Shown one piece after another: positions 38,626 to 48,039 of a stretch of 64,000 nucleotides of DNA. A model generated the notes under the pieces. It was not told the origin of the DNA. It did no database searches and was given only the letters and a program-made list of their open reading frames with translations. The stretch is from a virus, in UHGV virus genome UHGV-1370948; one strand, 5' to 3'. The position numbers and the translations under genes were made by a program. Each line of letters starts with the position of its first letter. The stretch's first letter is position 1.

Positions 38626-39272
38626 AAATTGGCCTTTGTGGTGCGCAAGGAACGGGTAAAACGACGCTGGCGAAAGCTTACAGTGAAGTGTCAGGTATCC
38701 CATACATCGACGCTAAAGTCGGCGATTTTCTCAACGAGATAGACGTAGATTTGTCACGAAGCGATATGCCGATTGTTGAACGGATGAAGGCGCAATTAAT
38801 GGTGGCCGGCCACATCGCGAGCATAACTGAGGCGCCAGATCTCCTCAAAACCGGGTTTATTATCGACCGCACGCCTATCGACGTCATGGCGTACACCCAC
38901 GACATTGCCGTTCCACACTACAAAAATGATGAGGTGCTGGAGCTGTATGCTCAGACGCATATGGTATGTATGGACGCGGTCTCGGAGAATTTTAATCTGT
39001 GTCTCATGCTGCGCCCCGGTGTCCAGCTTTCCTCGCAAGACCATTACCGAAAGCAGAGAGCCTCACTGCAGCCGTTCTACGTTAACCACATCGATATGCT
39101 CATGGTTTCGATGATCATGTCGTTTTCAACGAAAGTGGTTGCCGGCTCACTATCTCGATTTGCGTTTATGCAGGACGACGTTGTTGACCTGAGCCTCCGC
39201 GTCGATGCCCTGGAGGACATCGTGAGAAATATCGCTTTAAATTCTGTTACGAAGCGCGAGCCTTGTCATTGA
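38622..39272 (+). CDS. P-loop NTPase, probable (d)NMP kinase
   Basis: GAQGTGKTT Walker A at the N-terminus. About 216 aa. Confidence 0.5.
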   Translation: MKIGLCGAQGTGKTTLAKAYSEVSGIPYIDAKVGDFLNEIDVDLSRSDMPIVERMKAQLMVAGHIASITEAPDLLKTGFIIDRTPIDVMAYTHDIAVPHYKNDEVLELYAQTHMVCMDAVSENFNLCLMLRPGVQLSSQDHYRKQRASLQPFYVNHIDMLMVSMIMSFSTKVVAGSLSRFAFMQDDVVDLSLRVDALEDIVRNIALNSVTKREPCH

Positions 39273-39327
39273 TATTGATCCCCTGTTCGCATGAGTCAGA
39301 ATAATAAAAAAAAACAGAGGAAAGCAC

Positions 39328-39735
39328 ATGTATAGCGCTGCCGAAGAACTTGACAGAAAAGTTTCAGAAACCCTTGTGGACATAATCAAAAAGCAGACTG
39401 GCGGTTTGATGACGACGAATGAGGCGAAAGCAGCCATTCATTCGGTGTTCTGTTCTGTCATGGGTCTGGTAGGCCCGGATGTCGCCGAACTTCTAGAAGA
39501 GGCAATGAATACGATAGAGAAGGAGCGACCGTCGCCGTTCCCTCTCTATCTGAAAACTGCCAATGGCGTTTATATCTCGGTAACGCCAGACCCTATGATC
39601 AGGAGAGTTTTCGTCAGGGTTATGGCTGGTGAATATCGAACAATGAATTACGAGTGCGAAAGCGCAAGCAGCACGATTAAAAAGGCACTTGAAGTGGTGC
39701 AGTTACTTGTCAAACAGGGTGCAAAACGACTATGA
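39328..39735 (+). CDS. hypothetical protein
   Basis: 135 aa. Consensus RBS. Confidence 0.5.
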   Translation: MYSAAEELDRKVSETLVDIIKKQTGGLMTTNEAKAAIHSVFCSVMGLVGPDVAELLEEAMNTIEKERPSPFPLYLKTANGVYISVTPDPMIRRVFVRVMAGEYRTMNYECESASSTIKKALEVVQLLVKQGAKRL

Positions 39736-40274
39736 CAGTTGCAACAGGTGTGGATATTGAGACCACTGGTCTCGATGTTTACTCAGGTCATAAAATTATT
39801 GAGATCGCTCTTGTCTCATATGAGTTAGAGACCTCGCGGAAAATTCATGAAGTGTCGCTGAGGTTCAACCCACGGCGCAGCATTGACGCGAAAGCCCAGG
39901 CAGTCCACCACATCTCGCTTGAGATGCTGGCCGACTGTCCACTGTTCGAAGATAAAGCCGCTGCGCTGGCTAAAGCATTGGCAGCGGCGGATGTGTGGGT
40001 CGCGCACAACGGTCGACAGTTCGATATCCCCTTCATCACCAAGCAAATGAGTGATTGCGGCGTAGAGCTACCGCAGCGTCCGCTGGTGGACACCATGGAT
40101 GCGCGGTGGGCATGTGAGAACGGCAAGATCCCCCGATTACAGGAACTAGCCGTCGCCATGGGATTCGTCTATGACGAGGAAAAGGCGCATGGGGCGCTTT
40201 ATGATACTGACCTCATGATGAAGTGTTTTATGAAGGCCAGAAACGATTACGGATTCTTCCCAATACCTTCCTGA
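39732..40274 (+). CDS. DnaQ-like (DEDDh) 3'-5' exonuclease
   Basis: Exo I motif DIETTGL. Exo II (HNGRQFDIPF) and Exo III (HGALYD) regions. Confidence 0.7.
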   Translation: MTVATGVDIETTGLDVYSGHKIIEIALVSYELETSRKIHEVSLRFNPRRSIDAKAQAVHHISLEMLADCPLFEDKAAALAKALAAADVWVAHNGRQFDIPFITKQMSDCGVELPQRPLVDTMDARWACENGKIPRLQELAVAMGFVYDEEKAHGALYDTDLMMKCFMKARNDYGFFPIPS

Positions 40275-40295
40275 TTACCACCACACCAAAAAGTC

Positions 40296-40315
40296 GCCGC
40301 CTGGCGGCTTTTCTT
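40296..40315 (+). terminator. short GC hairpin followed by a T-tract (weak terminator)
   Basis: gccgc-ctg-gcggc followed by ttttctt. Confidence 0.4.
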
Positions 40316-40416
40316 ATGCCTCAAAACAAGATGTTTACCTGATTGATTTATCTTTTATGCCTGCTGTCGCATGTCAAAATAACTTCATTGAAACGATTAC
40401 AACAAAGGAAAAACAC

Positions 40417-41211
40417 ATGAGCGCTACACATTCAACTAATAAAGAAAACAGCAACGCAGACCTGATCGCAATGCTGTCAGAGCTAGATGGCTTAAACCCC
40501 ATTGAAGAGCACGAAGAGGTTGCGGGTGAAGTTGTTGAGGTGAAAAAACCTACGACCTACACGACTGATGATCTGTTCAGCGAACTCTTGCCGCTGGTCT
40601 CATCTGAAAAGCCCGTCAGAAGTGAAGAAGAGGCGATACAGGAGCTTCTAAGTAATATTGATGATGAAATTAAGCCGATTGAGAAATCGATAGAAGTGGT
40701 TGAAGAGCCGGTTGAAGCTGTTGCAGCGCCAGTAGCTGAAGAACAGGCATCGGATACAAAGTCAGAACCTGAAAAGCCGAAACGCTCACCATCTTCAACC
40801 GGCGCTCGCAAAAAACGGTTCTCAATGGATCAACTTTCAGACGAAGTCATGGCTGAGCTAGGTTTTGAACGCAAAGCCTTCATGGATGCATATAATGCTT
40901 GTCCGGTAAAAGCGATGGACAAGGTGCAGAACTTTATGGCCTGGAGTCAGGGGTTGGCTGAGCTTAGCGTATATACCCAGATATCGGTCACTCATCTCAT
41001 TAACGCAGGCACCAGCGATACGGCAGGATTCCGTCTGGCTATGATGAGCAATCCAACAAAGCCATACCCTTCATCGACCGCGTCAGCGCAGGCGGGGCAG
41101 ATGATGAGCATCCTTCCGGTGTTGGGGATGGCGATCAAAGATGGTAAAACGCTCACGTTGAATGAAGATTCACCGTTGGTTAAGAAATTTAGAAGAGAAA
41201 TACTTTTGTGA
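40417..41211 (+). CDS. hypothetical acidic protein
   Basis: Consensus RBS. E/D-rich middle region. Confidence 0.5.
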   Translation: MSATHSTNKENSNADLIAMLSELDGLNPIEEHEEVAGEVVEVKKPTTYTTDDLFSELLPLVSSEKPVRSEEEAIQELLSNIDDEIKPIEKSIEVVEEPVEAVAAPVAEEQASDTKSEPEKPKRSPSSTGARKKRFSMDQLSDEVMAELGFERKAFMDAYNACPVKAMDKVQNFMAWSQGLAELSVYTQISVTHLINAGTSDTAGFRLAMMSNPTKPYPSSTASAQAGQMMSILPVLGMAIKDGKTLTLNEDSPLVKKFRREILL

Positions 41212-41481
41212 AGAAACATTATCATGCATAGCTATTTTTCGGTAAAGTTACGGTTTTGCTTATGTCTGATGCTGTGATATGTACAATTCTTTTGAAAGGA
41301 AGTTGTGTATGTTTGAAAACACAAGCGGCCGCTTTCTTACCTTGTTACATGCTTTCATGAGTTATGTTATGCTGCTTGAGGTATCATAAGGCTAAGAATC
41401 TTAAGCACTTAGTCAGTGAATTGGTTAAGTTATCTACGATTTGTGTATTAACAAGATGGATAAATGAAAATGGTTGTAAAA

Positions 41482-41898
41482 ATGAAAAAACAAATCATCG
41501 CATCCTTGCTGCTTATGGTTGGCTTTAATGCGTCGGCAGAACCTGTTTGTCGTTACGCAGCATTTCAATTAAATGATCCTTCGACAGAAGTATTGCTTTG
41601 TAAAAATACAACTGGAAATCTAATAATAGCAAGTAGAGTAAATGGAAGGATAGATAATCATTTTTGGGGCGTTCCAGATAAACAACTGAAAAAAATAGAA
41701 AAGATAGAAAACGGCTCAAATGTAAAGGGCTATCAAGTTACTTACTATAATTTATTGAATCATAAGGTGGTTGTTTCTCTCTTAGTTAAAGATAATAATG
41801 GAAAAATAACATCTGAAATGAGAAAGGTGAATAAACAAGAACATGTGGATGACACTATCAAAATGAATCCAAATGGTATGACATTCAATTTTTATTGA
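41482..41898 (+). CDS. hypothetical secreted protein in an AT-rich block
   Basis: Signal peptide MKKQIIASLLLMVGFNASA. Beta-rich. ATG at 41464 is an alternative start. Confidence 0.5.
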   Translation: MKKQIIASLLLMVGFNASAEPVCRYAAFQLNDPSTEVLLCKNTTGNLIIASRVNGRIDNHFWGVPDKQLKKIEKIENGSNVKGYQVTYYNLLNHKVVVSLLVKDNNGKITSEMRKVNKQEHVDDTIKMNPNGMTFNFY

Positions 41899-41939
41899 AA
41901 TGTCGTCGATGGGCAAGCCTATTAAAGGAATGATTTTCA

Positions 41940-43025
41940 ATGAAAGAGCAAATAGACCTAGCAATAAAAGAAGATAAGATTTTTTTTCTTGGTAAAAAAT
42001 TACAAGATGATTGGTATCAGGCTTTTGCTGAGTGGTCTGATATAGCCCGGAAGGATAATAATCCTGAAGCATATTTCAATATGGCGTATTGCTATTTAAC
42101 AAGCAATGGAACCAAAAAAAATATAGAGAAGGCTATTGAATATTATGAACTTGCTGGCTCATTAGGTTTAAATGAAGCCTACACTCACGCTTACAAAGCA
42201 AGAGCGGAATATATTTTCAAGGATGACATTAATGATTATATTTCTTATCTAGAATCTTTGAAAGAAAAGGGTGTTTGGAGTCATGACCCTGACGAAAAAG
42301 GGTGCAGAACTTATTTTTCTTGTGAGCACGAAGCATTGCAATTTCAGGATGTTATGATACAACTCTCACTGAGATCATCGCCTGGCGATAGAGCGGCAAA
42401 AGCTAAAGAGCTGCGGGGAAAATATAAGGCCCACTACATAAATTTGGTTTTAGATCATTTCATTGCAATATCTGAAGTTTCAGCTGAAGTGGAGTACAGA
42501 GAATCAAAAATTAGCCACCTAGAACATAAAGGAAGAATACATAAAGGCAATTCATTGTTAAGCACAAGATATTCATATAAGGTTGAATATTTGGCTAAGC
42601 TAAAAAATAATGGCAAGGGAGATGCACATTTTGATTTTACATTCCGCGCTGCGAATATGGCAGAGATGAAGGCAGCACATGACAAAGACCCACTCAATGG
42701 GTTGAACAAGCTGTATACAAAAATCTCCAATATAATGTTAAAGCCAGGGGAGCAGGTAGAGAAAATATTGGTAACTGATTTGCCAGTAAAAAACCTGAGT
42801 TCAAACTGCGTAAACTTTTCTTATGATTTTAAAAGAAATTTTGAGAGGTATTACGTGTCAAGTAGTTATAGAGGCTATATCACCTATGATTTTGACATCA
42901 AACCTGGGAGTATTTCAGTTGTCAGAAAGGCAAGTGAAACTGAAAAATATAAGATAAAGCAATTTATAGCTTATGCGGTAGTGATCTTGGGTATCTATCT
43001 CTACATAAAGCACTTATTGGGTTGA
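41940..43025 (+). CDS. Sel1/TPR-like repeat protein with a C-terminal transmembrane anchor
   Basis: Sel1-like repeat NNPEAYFNMAYCYLTSNGTKKNIEKAIEYYELAGSLGLNEA. C-terminal hydrophobic IAYAVVILGIYLYI. Lies in the AT-rich block. Confidence 0.55.
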   Translation: MKEQIDLAIKEDKIFFLGKKLQDDWYQAFAEWSDIARKDNNPEAYFNMAYCYLTSNGTKKNIEKAIEYYELAGSLGLNEAYTHAYKARAEYIFKDDINDYISYLESLKEKGVWSHDPDEKGCRTYFSCEHEALQFQDVMIQLSLRSSPGDRAAKAKELRGKYKAHYINLVLDHFIAISEVSAEVEYRESKISHLEHKGRIHKGNSLLSTRYSYKVEYLAKLKNNGKGDAHFDFTFRAANMAEMKAAHDKDPLNGLNKLYTKISNIMLKPGEQVEKILVTDLPVKNLSSNCVNFSYDFKRNFERYYVSSSYRGYITYDFDIKPGSISVVRKASETEKYKIKQFIAYAVVILGIYLYIKHLLG

Positions 43026-43224
43026 ACACTCCTAGGCCGTTCCACTACTTTGCCAGACTTTCTAAAAAGCCCCATGTGGGCTTTTTCTCTTGACTAGCAC
43101 CATCGCATCACTCACCACAGAAAAACGCGATCCCGAGCGTTACAGAGAAGATCCCGATACGCCCTCTTGTCAGTTACAATTAATCCTGTAAAATAAGTAA
43201 GCATCTACCTATTTAAGTTATCCA

Positions 43225-43857
43225 GTGAACGGTTCTCAGAAAATAAAAAACAGAGAGCGCGATGGCAATCTACGCGACCTCTGGCGAACGCCTCTGTGGT
43301 TGTTTCATGCTTTCGAAGTTTATCTCGGCATGAAGTTCCAGGTCGACGTCGCGTGCAACAAAGACAATGCGATCCTGCCTGACTTTATCGGCGTAGAACG
43401 TGACGCGCTAAAGTCCAGCTGGTGCGAAGCCGGTACAATCGCATTCCTCAACCCGCCCTACTCCAAAATCAAACCATGGATAGACGCCGCGGCGCGTGAA
43501 CAGGTCAATGGTGTTACAACTGTCATGCTGGTTCCTCAGTCCCTCGACACTCAGTGGTATCTGGACGTTAAGCGCAGCGCGAATCAGACCGTACTTATTG
43601 TTGGCGGTCGCGTCGCTTTTATGGAGCCAGATACAACGCTGGGATTGGTTGAAGTTCGCGAGAATACTGGCGGTAGCATGTTGCTGGTCTTCCGGGGCTT
43701 CTATGGCGCTGCTGGACACCAGACGACGGAGATCGACATCGGCGTGATGAAATTGTTGGGTGGCTATGATCCACTAACGGCGAAACGGAAGCCACGTAAG
43801 AAGCCTGTTAAGAAAGCATCTCCACCCCTTAATAAAAAGACTTTAAAAGCGCTTTAA
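43225..43857 (+). CDS. phage Dam-family DNA N6-adenine methyltransferase
   Basis: WRTPLWLF...NPPYS...VMLVPQS pattern of the phage N6A-MTase (Dam) family. Lys-rich C-terminal tail. Confidence 0.8.
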   Translation: MNGSQKIKNRERDGNLRDLWRTPLWLFHAFEVYLGMKFQVDVACNKDNAILPDFIGVERDALKSSWCEAGTIAFLNPPYSKIKPWIDAAAREQVNGVTTVMLVPQSLDTQWYLDVKRSANQTVLIVGGRVAFMEPDTTLGLVEVRENTGGSMLLVFRGFYGAAGHQTTEIDIGVMKLLGGYDPLTAKRKPRKKPVKKASPPLNKKTLKAL

Positions 43858-43881
43858 ATAATATACAGAGCCAGGCTTATT

Positions 43882-43925
43882 TAAGAGATTCAGGCACTTG
43901 CGTGCCTTAATCTCTCTTTTGTCTG
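43882..43925 (+). terminator. long hairpin followed by a T-rich tract
   Basis: agagattcaggcac-ttgc-gtgccttaatctct followed by cttttgtc. Confidence 0.5.
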
Positions 43926-44013
43926 GAGTGTATTCAAAAGAACCTCAAACACCAGCTTTGTAGCCTGTTTAATGGCTTTAAGATGGCTTTAACAAAACGA
44001 AAAGGATCGCAAA

Positions 44014-44238
44014 ATGACTTATGAAACAAACATCGTCGCCCTGGCGGAGAACGAATTTCTGGACAACACTCGGAAGCTGATGGAGAAGCGAGATACGGCC
44101 TTTAGTCTTTATCAATGGGTCGTTGATAGTCTGCGTGAAGGAAAACACACTGAAGAGATTGGGATGCTGGTTGGCGACCTGATTAACTCAAACTTTGCTC
44201 TTGAGGTGCAGCTCAAGGGTCGTTCTGAGGCTCGATGA
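44014..44238 (+). CDS. hypothetical protein
   Basis: 74 aa. Its stop is immediately followed by an ATAAGTAA...TTACTTAT palindrome. Confidence 0.4.
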   Translation: MTYETNIVALAENEFLDNTRKLMEKRDTAFSLYQWVVDSLREGKHTEEIGMLVGDLINSNFALEVQLKGRSEAR

Positions 44239-44888
44239 TAAGTAATTATTTACTTATAAATATCTGGCATGTATCATTGCTGGGCTACCAATGGTAGCCC
44301 AAATTTTTTAGCAGCCAAGCTAACACAAAATGGCAACGACACCAGTCTCTCGGTGAGAAACGGTCGGGACTGGTGGAGCAGTAAAGAACCTTGAGCAAGC
44401 GCTCTTGGGAAGGCCCAGACGGGATTTGTAGCATAGGGTCTGTATTGCCGGTGTGGACGCGAAGTGGTAACTCGCGTCGGTTGAGGGCAAAAGCTACAGG
44501 GCTGTGAGACAGGGGGAGCGACTTAGATACCTGACTCACAGAATAAAAGCTCAACCATTAAATTCTAAGAGGAACCTATACGAGTAAGCCCTTTCCACGA
44601 GAATGAAAGTGCTTACCAGTAGGGGGAGTTGCTGGACTTACGCCTAACTTTTTCGATTAAAAAGACACTGATTCGACCGAACCGTTAAACAATATGGGTC
44701 GAAGTTTTTTTAACGAAATCGTTAGGATAAGTATGTCCAGCAGCCCCTACCGAGAAGATTAAAAACATCAGCGAAACGGCGAAACAGAGAAGCGTAAGGC
44801 AACGAACTGGAAAGGCGAAATGGCGAAAAAACCAACAAAACAAAAAGGCATCAAATACAACCGGCAGAAACATATCTCTGACAAAAAC

Positions 44889-45389
44889 ATGGCGACAAAA
44901 TTTGACCCGCGTTTGAAAGAGGTTGTTCTGTATACGGACGGATCATGCCTGAAGAACCCAGGCGGTGCTGGTGGAGTTGCGGCCATCGTTCGTTTTGGCG
45001 AACACTATAAAACAGTTCAAGAAGGTTTTCGCTCCACAACCAATAACCGCATGGAAATGCTCGCTGCGATCCGAGGGTTGGATCTACTTAATCAAAAATG
45101 CAACGTGACGATCTACACGGATAGCCAGTACCTAATTAATGGCATTTCGCTGTGGATTAAAGGTTGGAAAAAGCGCGGCTGGAAGCTGGCGAACGGTGAG
45201 CGGGTTAAAAATGTGGATCTCTGGCAGGAGCTGGATGCTGCGGTATCCGGTCATCGTGTCCGTTGGTGTTGGGTTAAAGGTCATGATGGAAACCCAGACA
45301 ATGAGCTGTGCGACATGATGGCGCGATCGGCTGCTGAATCGCCAACGATGGTTGATCGTATTTACGAATCTATTTGTGCCTATAATTAA
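44889..45389 (+). CDS. rnhA: ribonuclease HI
   Basis: YTDGSC, RMEMLAAIRGL, YTDSQY and the WVKGHDGNPDNELCD motifs. ATG at 44820 would add a basic 23-aa N-terminal extension. Confidence 0.75.
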   Translation: MATKFDPRLKEVVLYTDGSCLKNPGGAGGVAAIVRFGEHYKTVQEGFRSTTNNRMEMLAAIRGLDLLNQKCNVTIYTDSQYLINGISLWIKGWKKRGWKLANGERVKNVDLWQELDAAVSGHRVRWCWVKGHDGNPDNELCDMMARSAAESPTMVDRIYESICAYN

Positions 45390-45487
45390 TAAGTAAGTGT
45401 TTACTTATTCGCTGGCGTGTTGTATCTTTGGTCTGCAAGGATGATAGCGCGGTTAGCGCTTGTCTCATGGAAGAGACGACCTGTAAG

Positions 45488-45517
45488 CGGCTGAGTTTTC
45501 TCAGCCGCAACTATTTT
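45488..45517 (+). terminator. rho-independent terminator
   Basis: gcggctgag-tttt-ctcagccgc followed by aactatttt. Confidence 0.5.
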
Positions 45518-45539
45518 AAGGCTCCTGTTAAGAGGCTTT

Positions 45540-46034
45540 ATGATTAATTACCTCTCCGATCTTCTTCGAAATAAGCGGTTTGAGCGAAATGTCATCTCAA
45601 ATCTAAACTTCCTCGAAAGTCGTATCCAAAACCTCAATGAGCGAATCCGAGTGCTTGAAAGCACCGTAGTGTCACAAGCCAACACGATCACCTCTCTCAC
45701 GAAGAGCAGTGATTCGACGCCGCGCCCCGACCCGTTCCCTGATAAAAACTTTGCCCATGGAAAATTACCAAAGAAAAAGACTACAGCCGCTGGCGCTTCT
45801 GGTTATCGGGCTGACTCTGTCACCTCTCGGCATCGCGCCAGTTACGCAGATGATGCAGCCGGCGCTCAGCAATTCACGGAAAACAGAAGCCAAGTCCACG
45901 AGGACAGCGCATCTGTCTCCAGACATCACGGCTCATCCCACCACCACGACTCCAGTTCCTGCTACAGCAGCCACGGGGACGTTGGAGGGTATGACTCTGG
46001 ATGCTCCGATTCGTCGTCCGGGTCTTTTGACTGA
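45540..46034 (+). CDS. hypothetical protein (coiled-coil N-terminus, Ser/His-rich disordered C-terminus)
   Basis: 164 aa ORF. Its own upstream AAACAAATTGTTTA motif lies downstream, ahead of the next gene. Confidence 0.4.
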   Translation: MINYLSDLLRNKRFERNVISNLNFLESRIQNLNERIRVLESTVVSQANTITSLTKSSDSTPRPDPFPDKNFAHGKLPKKKTTAAGASGYRADSVTSRHRASYADDAAGAQQFTENRSQVHEDSASVSRHHGSSHHHDSSSCYSSHGDVGGYDSGCSDSSSGSFD

Positions 46035-46102
46035 GTCATTAGCCTGATATTTAAACCTAAAAAACAAATTGTTTAACAGCATAAGAAAACAAAGGAAATC
46101 AC

Positions 46103-46528
46103 ATGTTTGGTATGTTTAAAAAGAAAGTCCGCAAAGCAGCCGTTGAAGTTAAGAAAATGGAGAACCGCGATGCTGTAGAAGCAACCGTATGGGGCGCTTA
46201 TGCGATCGCCTATGCGGATGGCTCATGCGACGCGAAAGAGATCAGCGTTCTGGAAAAAACCATCTCCGCTCTGCCCTCTTTCTCCCCGTTTGCTGGCGAG
46301 ATTGCCCAGATGAGCGCCAATATTCGCTCTCGCTACGAAGCATCCCCTCGCTCCGCAAACGCTGAAGCCATGCGCCAGCTGGCCGACGTTGCCGGTACAA
46401 CCGATGCGGTCGACGTTTTATGTCTGTGCCTGGATATCGCTGATAACGACGGCATCGATGAGAAAGAAGAGGTGATGCTGAAGAAGATCGCTCAGGCGTT
46501 GCAGTTGTCGCTGGATCAGTATCTGTGA
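46103..46528 (+). CDS. TerB-like domain protein (putative)
   Basis: 141 aa. WGAYAIAYADGSCDAKEISVLEKTIS ... DGIDEKEEVMLKKIAQAL pattern typical of TerB / DjlA-N domains. Confidence 0.45.
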   Translation: MFGMFKKKVRKAAVEVKKMENRDAVEATVWGAYAIAYADGSCDAKEISVLEKTISALPSFSPFAGEIAQMSANIRSRYEASPRSANAEAMRQLADVAGTTDAVDVLCLCLDIADNDGIDEKEEVMLKKIAQALQLSLDQYL

Positions 46529-46683
46529 TGGCTCGCGTCAGCATTGCGCTGGCGCTGCTGGTTTTGTCTGTGCTGGTGGATTTCACCAGCCGGATTCTGT
46601 CAGTGGCCGCGGACGGTGTTTTGGTCATAACAGGCATAACTCTATTACTGCCTGCTCTGATTAAAGGTGCCAAGACAAAGTAA
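46528..46683 (+). CDS. small membrane protein (51 aa)
   Basis: Hand translation MARVSIALALLVLSVLVDFTSRILSVAADGVLVITGITLLLPALIKGAKTK. ATG overlaps the TerB-like stop. Followed by a strong terminator. Confidence 0.35.
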   Translation: MARVSIALALLVLSVLVDFTSRILSVAADGVLVITGITLLLPALIKGAKTK

Positions 46684-46703
46684 GGAGCTTCGGCTCCTTT
46701 TTT
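46684..46703 (+). terminator. rho-independent terminator
   Basis: ggagc-ttcg-gctcc followed by a T6 tract. Confidence 0.65.
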
Positions 46704-46781
46704 ATCGAACTGTGAAATTTCCGTAGTTTGTTTTTTCGCCCTGCTCTGCTGAGCGAGAATGTACGCTTCAATTATTAAAGA

Positions 46782-47468
46782 GTGAAAACGTTGGAAGACT
46801 TAACTCCTGCAGAACCTAAATCCATGAAGTCAGTTGGATATATTTACGTCATTGAAGATGTTCAAAGAGGGCTAGTAAAGATTGGGAAGAGCGTCGATCC
46901 AGTCGCCCGGATATCCAATATTGTCAACATCAGCGGAATTACCAAGATAAAACAATTCATATCACACCGTATCGCTGGCTATAGCCAGGTAGAGCATCGA
47001 ATGCATGTCATCTTTACAGACCATCGGGTACGAGGTGAATGGTTTCGCTGTGACTTCGAGGAGGCTAAATCAGCCCTGATTTCTATCCTCCCCGCAGAGA
47101 TAACCGAAGAGGAGGTTGTCGAGACGAGAAAGCGAGACATGGAGCGTTCCGCATCGGCCTTAGAGACTATGCGTGAAAAGTTTTCAGGCTCATCAACCGA
47201 TATACGGCGAACTCCAATGGACTGGACGCTCGAATTTTTGTCGTCAGCCCATCAATTCGTTTTAGCTCAGCAAAAGCTTTATGGCGATGTGAGAGCGCTG
47301 GGCCGGCTTGGGGTCGTTTACGAGGGCTATCTCGAGTTATTTGCGGCCCTAGAGGACTGCATCTCAATCGCGCAAGAGATAAACGAGGAAGAGGCTATAG
47401 CAAGTCTCACGAAATACGAAAGAGCCTGCTTTATAGATAAAGCGCGCAAAGCTGCTGAGTATATCTAA
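46782..47468 (+). CDS. T5orf172 / GIY-YIG-like domain protein
   Basis: GYIYVIEDVQRGLVKIGKSVDPVARI...EWFRCDFEEA matches the T5orf172 (MUG113) GIY-YIG-like domain. Helical C-terminal domain of about 110 aa. Start is GTG 46782 or ATG 46824. Confidence 0.55.
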   Translation: MKTLEDLTPAEPKSMKSVGYIYVIEDVQRGLVKIGKSVDPVARISNIVNISGITKIKQFISHRIAGYSQVEHRMHVIFTDHRVRGEWFRCDFEEAKSALISILPAEITEEEVVETRKRDMERSASALETMREKFSGSSTDIRRTPMDWTLEFLSSAHQFVLAQQKLYGDVRALGRLGVVYEGYLELFAALEDCISIAQEINEEEAIASLTKYERACFIDKARKAAEYI

Positions 47469-47560
47469 GCCTAATTAAACATGGACTGGCGCCTTTAGAG
47501 TCAGTTCATAATTAATCACATCAGAAAACAACTTGTTATCAAAACAAAAAAGGAAAACAC

Positions 47561-47995
47561 ATGTGCATTCGCTGTGAAGAACGTAAAGCCAAAAAAGAAG
47601 AAGTCCTGAGCCGTGCCAACGAAATCGCTGATATTGCCACCTTAGCTACTGGAGAAATCAACAACATTCCCGATGCGCTGCGGATGACAGCTCGTCTTGA
47701 GGCATTGGGTAGCGAAGGGCTGCTTGAACCTGCGAACTTGTTCCTCCTGATCGCCCACTTTGCCAGCCAGAACAAAGAGCTGGAGGCTCACAACAAGCGA
47801 CTTCATGAGACTCTGAATTATATGACGATGAGCGAAAAAGCTGCGCCGGCGGACGGTAATAAAATGTCGAATGAAGAGGCTCTGCGTATCGTCGAAACGG
47901 TCGTGAATACCTTTGAGCTGGCCCAGGCACGAGCAATGGAAGGTGCGAATGCTCAGATCCGGGAGCTGAAGAATCGCTTTGGGATTAATAAGTAA
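47561..47995 (+). CDS. hypothetical coiled-coil protein
   Basis: 144 aa. Consensus RBS and upstream AACAACTTGTTA motif. Confidence 0.5.
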   Translation: MCIRCEERKAKKEEVLSRANEIADIATLATGEINNIPDALRMTARLEALGSEGLLEPANLFLLIAHFASQNKELEAHNKRLHETLNYMTMSEKAAPADGNKMSNEEALRIVETVVNTFELAQARAMEGANAQIRELKNRFGINK

Positions 47996-48000
47996 AGCCA

Positions 48001-48030
48001 AGGCGCAGCTGTTCCGCTGCGCCTTTTCTG
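48001..48030 (+). terminator. rho-independent terminator
   Basis: aggcgcagc-tgttcc-gctgcgcct (perfect 9-bp stem) followed by tttctg. Confidence 0.55.
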
Positions 48031-48039
48031 GAGCATTCT

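Noticed and set aside
44240-44888. tRNA gene or retron msr/msd upstream of RNase H
   Set aside because: No cloverleaf-compatible segment with a GTTCRANYC T-loop was found. No reverse transcriptase is encoded nearby.
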